From Candidatus Magasanikbacteria bacterium CG10_big_fil_rev_8_21_14_0_10_36_32 (lineage in GTDB: Bacteria > Patescibacteriota > Patescibacteriia > Magasanikbacterales > GWA2-37-8): 64,000 nucleotides of DNA. How positions within the stretch are numbered: the stretch's first letter is position 1; each line of letters opens with the position of its first letter. This document shows positions 59,358-64,000 of the stretch, in pieces. The stretch covers positions 87,736 to 151,735 of the forward strand of contig PFBV01000003.1 in NCBI GenBank assembly GCA_002778465.1, read 5' to 3'. The notes under the pieces were generated by a model, which saw only the letters and a program-made list of their open reading frames with translations, was not told where the DNA came from and ran no database searches. A program made the position numbers and the translations under genes.

Positions 59358-60029
59358 ATGGTTCAAGATTTAAAAAATATTTCCAGCGCTCCAATATTAA
59401 ATGAAACTGAAGCGGCTAAAAAATTATCGGCTCAAAAAGCGTTGGACAGAAGACAAACACAAATACACAATATTCCTGCCGAATTAGGTAAAACGCCAAT
59501 TTTTGAAGATGTTGGAATGGATAAAGGTGATATTGGCATGGAAATTCCACTTCAAAAAAACGATGACATAGAAAATAATGAAAATGATTCAAACTCAGAC
59601 GAACAAAAAGAAACACAAAAATTCAATGAATATTCACAACAAACGACAAATCTAAATGCCAACATGGCAATTTCAACGCAACAACAAAGAACCTCTCAAA
59701 TCAGAAGATCTATTCAATTGCGGCAAAATCAAATTGAACAAACTACAAATAAAATAAAAACTTTATCTAAAAAAATAACATCTCTACAAGGAAGGGCGCG
59801 GGACGGAAAAAAATTAACTTTAATTTTAAAAGTTTTATCTGTTTGTACAATTGTTGGTGCGGCACTAGCTTTCTTTATAAAACATATCGTCAATTTTTTT
59901 ACAGATTCCGACAAAATTGAAGAAGAAATCAAATCTTTACAAAAAAAAATAAATTCAGAAGAAACTAATAAAAAAAATTTAGAAAAATCTTTGCAAAATG
60001 AATATCAAATACTTAATCAAAATCAATAA
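59358..60029 (+). CDS. Gln-rich coiled-coil protein with a C-proximal TM helix (hypothetical).
   Basis: Q/N-rich helical sequence, TM segment VLSVCTIVGAALAFFI, 223 aa. Confidence 0.4.
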   Translation: MVQDLKNISSAPILNETEAAKKLSAQKALDRRQTQIHNIPAELGKTPIFEDVGMDKGDIGMEIPLQKNDDIENNENDSNSDEQKETQKFNEYSQQTTNLNANMAISTQQQRTSQIRRSIQLRQNQIEQTTNKIKTLSKKITSLQGRARDGKKLTLILKVLSVCTIVGAALAFFIKHIVNFFTDSDKIEEEIKSLQKKINSEETNKKNLEKSLQNEYQILNQNQ

Positions 60030-60039
60030 TACATAATAT

Positions 60040-61269
60040 ATGTCTAAATTAAAAAAAATTTTATTAATCACCGGCTTGTTAGCTGGCACCGCAATTTTAG
60101 CATTTTTATTATTTTATATTTTTAAAAAAACCAGCCCTCTTCAACAATTACCACCAACTGTCCCGACTGAAGAACAGCCTGACGGTGGACAATTTATTCC
60201 AGCCGGACAAAGAACCGCTACCACCACCGGCGTCGGAGGAGAACAAATTGGTACATTACCAACTGCTGGAATCATACCCGGTTCACAACCAAGTTATTAT
60301 CAACCAGAATTATCAAAAAAAATTATTTCCGATTCCACTAATTTTGTTTCCCTTAATAAAACTGGCGGTGTGAGATACTATAATCCAAATGACGGAAAAT
60401 TTTATACCACTTTAGCTGACGGATCAACCAAAATTTTAAGCAACCAAACTTTTTATAATGTTCAAAAAACCACTTGGGCTAATAAACAAAACAAAGCAAT
60501 ATTGGAATTTCCTGACAGTTCAAAGATACTTTATGATTTTGACGCTCAAAAACAAGTAACATTACCAAAACATTGGGAAGAGTTTTCTTTTGCCGCCGAT
60601 GGAGAAAAGGTAGCCGCAAAAAGTCTTGGTTTGTCTCCGGAAAATCGTTGGTTAGTTACTATTAATGACGACGGCACTGGTACTCAACTAATTGAAGCAA
60701 TGGGAGAAAATGCCAACAAAGTAATTATTGATTGGTCTCCAAGTCAACAAGCAATAGGTTTTACCATGACCGGCGAAGAGCTGGGTATGTACCGAAAAGA
60801 AATTTTACTGGTTGGACTTAATGGAGAAAATTTTAAATCTTTTGTGGCTGAAGGTTTAGGATTTCAACCACAATGGTCTCCGACTGGAAAAAAATTGCTT
60901 TATAGTGTTTATAGTAATACTTCTGATTTTAAACCGGAAATTTGGGTGGTAAATTCTTATGGGCAAGAAATCGGTTCTGGAAGAAACAATCTTCAAATCA
61001 ACACTTGGGCAGACAAATGCACTTTTGCTAATGATGACACTCTTTATTGCGCCGTACCAAAATCAATGCCCACTGGCGCCGGAATCAATCCGGCTGTAGC
61101 CGCAGGATCAACCGACACTCTTTATAAAATTGATTTAAAATCTGGCCTAAAAACCACTGTTAATACCGGTGGAGATTTTGATATGAATAATTTGTCTTTT
61201 GATCAAACTAATAATCGCCTGATATTTTCCGACTCCGGACAAACAGGTGTTTTTGAAATTAAACTTTAA
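60040..61269 (+). CDS. Exported PD40/WD40-like beta-propeller repeat protein (TolB-like fold).
   Basis: Signal/TM anchor LLITGLLAGTAILAFLLFYIF. Repeated [FW]SP[DST]G-type blades (WSPSQQ, WSPTGKKLLYS). 409 aa. Confidence 0.5.
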   Translation: MSKLKKILLITGLLAGTAILAFLLFYIFKKTSPLQQLPPTVPTEEQPDGGQFIPAGQRTATTTGVGGEQIGTLPTAGIIPGSQPSYYQPELSKKIISDSTNFVSLNKTGGVRYYNPNDGKFYTTLADGSTKILSNQTFYNVQKTTWANKQNKAILEFPDSSKILYDFDAQKQVTLPKHWEEFSFAADGEKVAAKSLGLSPENRWLVTINDDGTGTQLIEAMGENANKVIIDWSPSQQAIGFTMTGEELGMYRKEILLVGLNGENFKSFVAEGLGFQPQWSPTGKKLLYSVYSNTSDFKPEIWVVNSYGQEIGSGRNNLQINTWADKCTFANDDTLYCAVPKSMPTGAGINPAVAAGSTDTLYKIDLKSGLKTTVNTGGDFDMNNLSFDQTNNRLIFSDSGQTGVFEIKL

Positions 61270-61272
61270 ATT

Positions 61273-61941
61273 ATGCTCTCTTACAAAAAAAAATTATATT
61301 TTGTATTGGCTTTAATAATATTATTTTTAATGGTTTTGATTTTTAAACAAATTTCCACCGCATATAAAATTTCCGTTTCACCGGCCAATAAAAATTTAAT
61401 TGACAATAAAATGACCGAGATTCCCTCAGACTTAAACGATCCTCTGTTTGGTAATCAAGGAGCGGCAATTACCATTGTAGAATTTGTTGATTTAAATTCA
61501 AAAGACAGTCGAGAAATTCATCGCCAAATAAAAAATTTCGTAGCTAATTATCCAACAAAAATTCGTCTTATATGGAAAGATTTACCGGAACCAAACATGT
61601 TTAATTCCAAAGCATCAATTTCTCACCAGGCCGCTTGGTGTGTTTACAAACAAGACAAAAATAAATTTTGGACATTTACTGATGCGATGCTTGATAAAAA
61701 ATCAATCAATGACACCAATGTCTTAAAAAATTTAATTGATGAATTAAAAATTAACAATACTTCTTGGCAACAATGCCTCGATTCCACTGAAGCTAAAACC
61801 AAAGTAGAAACTTCTTTATCATTAGGAAATTCTTTGGGAATTTTCTCCGCGCCGGCGATGTTTATTAATAATAAAAAAATAAACTACTTAGATGAAATAA
61901 ATATGGTTGATTTCTTAAATGAAATTATTAAAGAATACTAA
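61273..61941 (+). CDS. DsbA-like thioredoxin-fold protein lacking the CxxC active site (degenerate), membrane-anchored.
   Basis: ITIVEFVDLNSKDSREI aligns with FVIVEFIDFKCPICKGQ of the 4594..5349 DsbA-like protein, with CPIC replaced by NSKD. Same N-terminal TM architecture. Confidence 0.6.
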   Translation: MLSYKKKLYFVLALIILFLMVLIFKQISTAYKISVSPANKNLIDNKMTEIPSDLNDPLFGNQGAAITIVEFVDLNSKDSREIHRQIKNFVANYPTKIRLIWKDLPEPNMFNSKASISHQAAWCVYKQDKNKFWTFTDAMLDKKSINDTNVLKNLIDELKINNTSWQQCLDSTEAKTKVETSLSLGNSLGIFSAPAMFINNKKINYLDEINMVDFLNEIIKEY

Positions 61942-61949
61942 ATTTCAAT

Positions 61950-63233
61950 ATGATTCGGTTTAAAAAAATTTTAATTATCTCTCTAGTTGGTTATCTTCTG
62001 TTTCCGGCAATAGCAATGGCGGCAAGTTGTTGTGTGTGTGTTCAACAATCAGCCGATTTGGGTGCGGGAGGTTTTAATTATGATTGGGAATCGGGGCAAG
62101 TTTTTACAGATATCACTGATGATATTGACAGTAAGTGCAGTGAAACAAAACGAGATGCTGTTATGTTTGGGGGGCTTACTCCTTTTATCTGCGCCATTAA
62201 AGACAATACGCGCTGTTCCCCGGCGGCCGTCACCACAAAACTGGAAGAAGATTTTAAATTTTCTGATGTTGTTTTGGGTATTAAAATTCCAAATTTATCC
62301 TTTAGTGCTCCGCCAACAGAAATAGATTCTGAAGGAAATATCTATATTCCTTGGATTGGTGAATATATTAAAGCTTTATATAATTTCGCTTTAATTGCCA
62401 TCAGTGTAATAGCAGTGGTAGTATTAATTATTCAAGGAGTACGAATAATAATTTCCGCCGGCGGTCCGGAAAAATCCGCCGCTTATAAAGGTATTGCCGG
62501 AGCAGTAATCGGACTTTTTATTGCGTGGGGTTCATATGTAATTCTTTATTCAATTGACCCGAATTTAACTCAATTTAAATCTTTAAAAATAAAGTTTATT
62601 GAAACAGAATATTTGGAAGAGCCGGCTGATGATATTGAACAAACTACAACCGTTCTTTCATCTCAAATTATTAAAAAAGCCGATAAAACTGGCCGTAATG
62701 ATTGTCTAAAAGAAATATTACTTGAGACAGCCAGTATTTCTTTAAAGAAAAATTTTCCAGATTTAATAGGTAAATCTCCAAATCATCCAAAACCTCAAGG
62801 AGCACGTAGTGTCACAATTAATAAACTAATGTACAATGATTTAATGGCTGTTTTGTCTGAAATTCTACAATCAACCGACTATAAAATAAAAGCTATCGGC
62901 GGCATTCGAGGAACAAGTGGGGTTTGTAATTCTAATAATTTGCATCTTTGCGGATTAGCAGTAGATATTAATCCTGGTGATAATCCTGATTGTCCAGCTT
63001 ACATCAAAAAAAATGACAGGCAAGTTGGACAATTTTGGGATGTAGCTGGTGATCACAAGATTACTCAAACAGAATGGGACTTGTGTAATAAAGGAGGACA
63101 AGTAACTAATATCCCGCAAAAAGTTATTGACATCTTTGAAAAACACGGATTTTACTGGGGCGGTTATGGTTGGGGTAATCCTAATCGTTCAGATGCCATG
63201 CATTTCGAATATCATAAATATTGCTACGAATAA
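61950..63233 (+). CDS. Secreted Cys-rich protein (427 aa). It has a signal peptide, a Cys-rich N-domain, a VirB2/TrbC-like two-helix hairpin (aa 137-207) and a C-terminal LAS/M15-type zinc peptidoglycan peptidase domain. It is a paralog of the 2895..4589 protein.
   Basis: Signal peptide MIRFKKILIISLVGYLLFPAIAMA. The hairpin YIKALYNFALIAISVIAVVVLIIQGVRIIISAGGPEKSAAYKGIAGAVIGLFIAWGSYVILYSIDP matches the 2895 gene. The C-terminus has HLCGLAVDIN (HxxGxAxD) ... GFYWGGYGW ... DAMHFEYH, typical of VanY/M15 (LAS) peptidases. Confidence 0.7.
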   Translation: MIRFKKILIISLVGYLLFPAIAMAASCCVCVQQSADLGAGGFNYDWESGQVFTDITDDIDSKCSETKRDAVMFGGLTPFICAIKDNTRCSPAAVTTKLEEDFKFSDVVLGIKIPNLSFSAPPTEIDSEGNIYIPWIGEYIKALYNFALIAISVIAVVVLIIQGVRIIISAGGPEKSAAYKGIAGAVIGLFIAWGSYVILYSIDPNLTQFKSLKIKFIETEYLEEPADDIEQTTTVLSSQIIKKADKTGRNDCLKEILLETASISLKKNFPDLIGKSPNHPKPQGARSVTINKLMYNDLMAVLSEILQSTDYKIKAIGGIRGTSGVCNSNNLHLCGLAVDINPGDNPDCPAYIKKNDRQVGQFWDVAGDHKITQTEWDLCNKGGQVTNIPQKVIDIFEKHGFYWGGYGWGNPNRSDAMHFEYHKYCYE

Positions 63234-63249
63234 CCAATTGAGCTATAAT

Positions 63250-63288
63250 CACTTTACCCCGCTTTAAGCGGGGTAAAGTGATATTATT
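63250..63288 (+). terminator. Rho-independent terminator.
   Basis: cactttaccccgc-ttta-agcggggtaaagtg followed by a T-rich run. Confidence 0.6.
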
Positions 63289-64000
63289 ATGAAAAATAAT
63301 CAAATATTTTCTTGTTCCAACTGCGGCGCGCAATTCCAGAAATGGGTTGGGCGATGTTTAGAATGTGGAAAATGGGGAACAATTGATGATAAACCTCAAA
63401 TCCAAATAACTAAAAAACAAAATAATACAGAAAATTATGCTCTAACTTCATTATCTACTTTGTCGTCTATAAAAAGTGAAAATGCGGCTAGAATTAAAAC
63501 CAATGTTAATGAATTGGACCGCGTCTTGGGCGGTGGATTCGTGCCAGGCAGTTTAATACTGCTCGGTGGTGAACCGGGAATCGGCAAATCAACTCTGGCT
63601 CTGCAGTTAAGTTCAATTTTTGCCCACACACTTTATCTTTCAGGTGAAGAATCAATTGAACAAATTAAAATTCGATCTGAACGTTTAAAAATTAATTCCC
63701 CCACTCTGCAAATAGGTAATGAAACTAATGTAGAAAAAATTGTTGCCACTATTAGAAAAATAAAACCGCCGATGGCAATTGTTGATTCGATTCAAACAAT
63801 TTCCTCTAACGAAGCCGAGGGTGAAGCTGGAAATATAACTCAGGTTCGCGCTTGCACAGTAAAACTGATGGAAGCAGCTAAAACAACTGGCACCACCATC
63901 ATTTTGGTTGGACAAGTAACAAAAGAGGGATCAGTGGCAGGACCTAAAAGTTTAGAACATTTAGTTGATATGGTACTCTATTTAGAAGGTGATCGTTTTC
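63289..64000 (+). CDS. radA: DNA repair protein RadA/Sms (N-terminal part; continues beyond the window end).
   Basis: MKNNQIFSCSNCGAQFQKWVGRCLECGKWGT zinc finger, Walker A GGEPGIGKSTLALQ and a KNQGH-like region. It is not in the ORF track because it runs off the window. Confidence 0.85.
   Translation, partial: MKNNQIFSCSNCGAQFQKWVGRCLECGKWGTIDDKPQIQITKKQNNTENYALTSLSTLSSIKSENAARIKTNVNELDRVLGGGFVPGSLILLGGEPGIGKSTLALQLSSIFAHTLYLSGEESIEQIKIRSERLKINSPTLQIGNETNVEKIVATIRKIKPPMAIVDSIQTISSNEAEGEAGNITQVRACTVKLMEAAKTTGTTIILVGQVTKEGSVAGPKSLEHLVDMVLYLEGDRF

Overview
This is an AT-rich bacterial chromosomal segment of roughly 30-35% GC. It carries densely packed housekeeping genes: uvrA, secG, RNase J, RNase P RNA, miaA/miaB, thrS preceded by a T-box leader, ftsH, rpsA, gyrA, tsaD, fpg, dnaE, pheST, rseP-lemA-htpX, a Clp ATPase and radA. 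It also has two tRNAs, many textbook TTGACA-N17-TATAAT promoters and hairpin/T-run terminators. The gene repertoire includes a polysaccharide/glycosylation cluster, an orphan PilB ATPase, and many hypothetical secreted or membrane proteins. Together with the overall style, this is compatible with a small-genome, CPR/Patescibacteria-like organism; that is an inference, not a demonstrated assignment. The regions most worth attention are listed below.

- **Duplicated two-gene module.** A DsbA-like thioredoxin gene is followed by a large secreted Cys-rich protein, and this pair occurs at both ends of the window. The two large proteins share a ~70-aa two-helix hairpin reminiscent of VirB2/TrbC-type T4SS pilins. 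One copy ends in Cys-rich repeats and the other in an M15/LAS peptidoglycan peptidase.
- **GC-rich island.** A compositionally distinct island sits between miaB and thrS. It encodes an OMP-like beta-barrel and a lipoprotein metzincin.
- **Heptapeptide-repeat protein.** A novel 18-copy Gly-initiated heptad-repeat protein lies in a small accessory patch next to a frameshifted gene remnant.
- **Surface-protein locus.** A glycosyltransferase cluster is followed by two giant surface proteins, one with a retroviral-type CCHC zinc knuckle.
- **Recurring leader motif.** A GC mini-hairpin leader motif recurs in three 5' UTRs.
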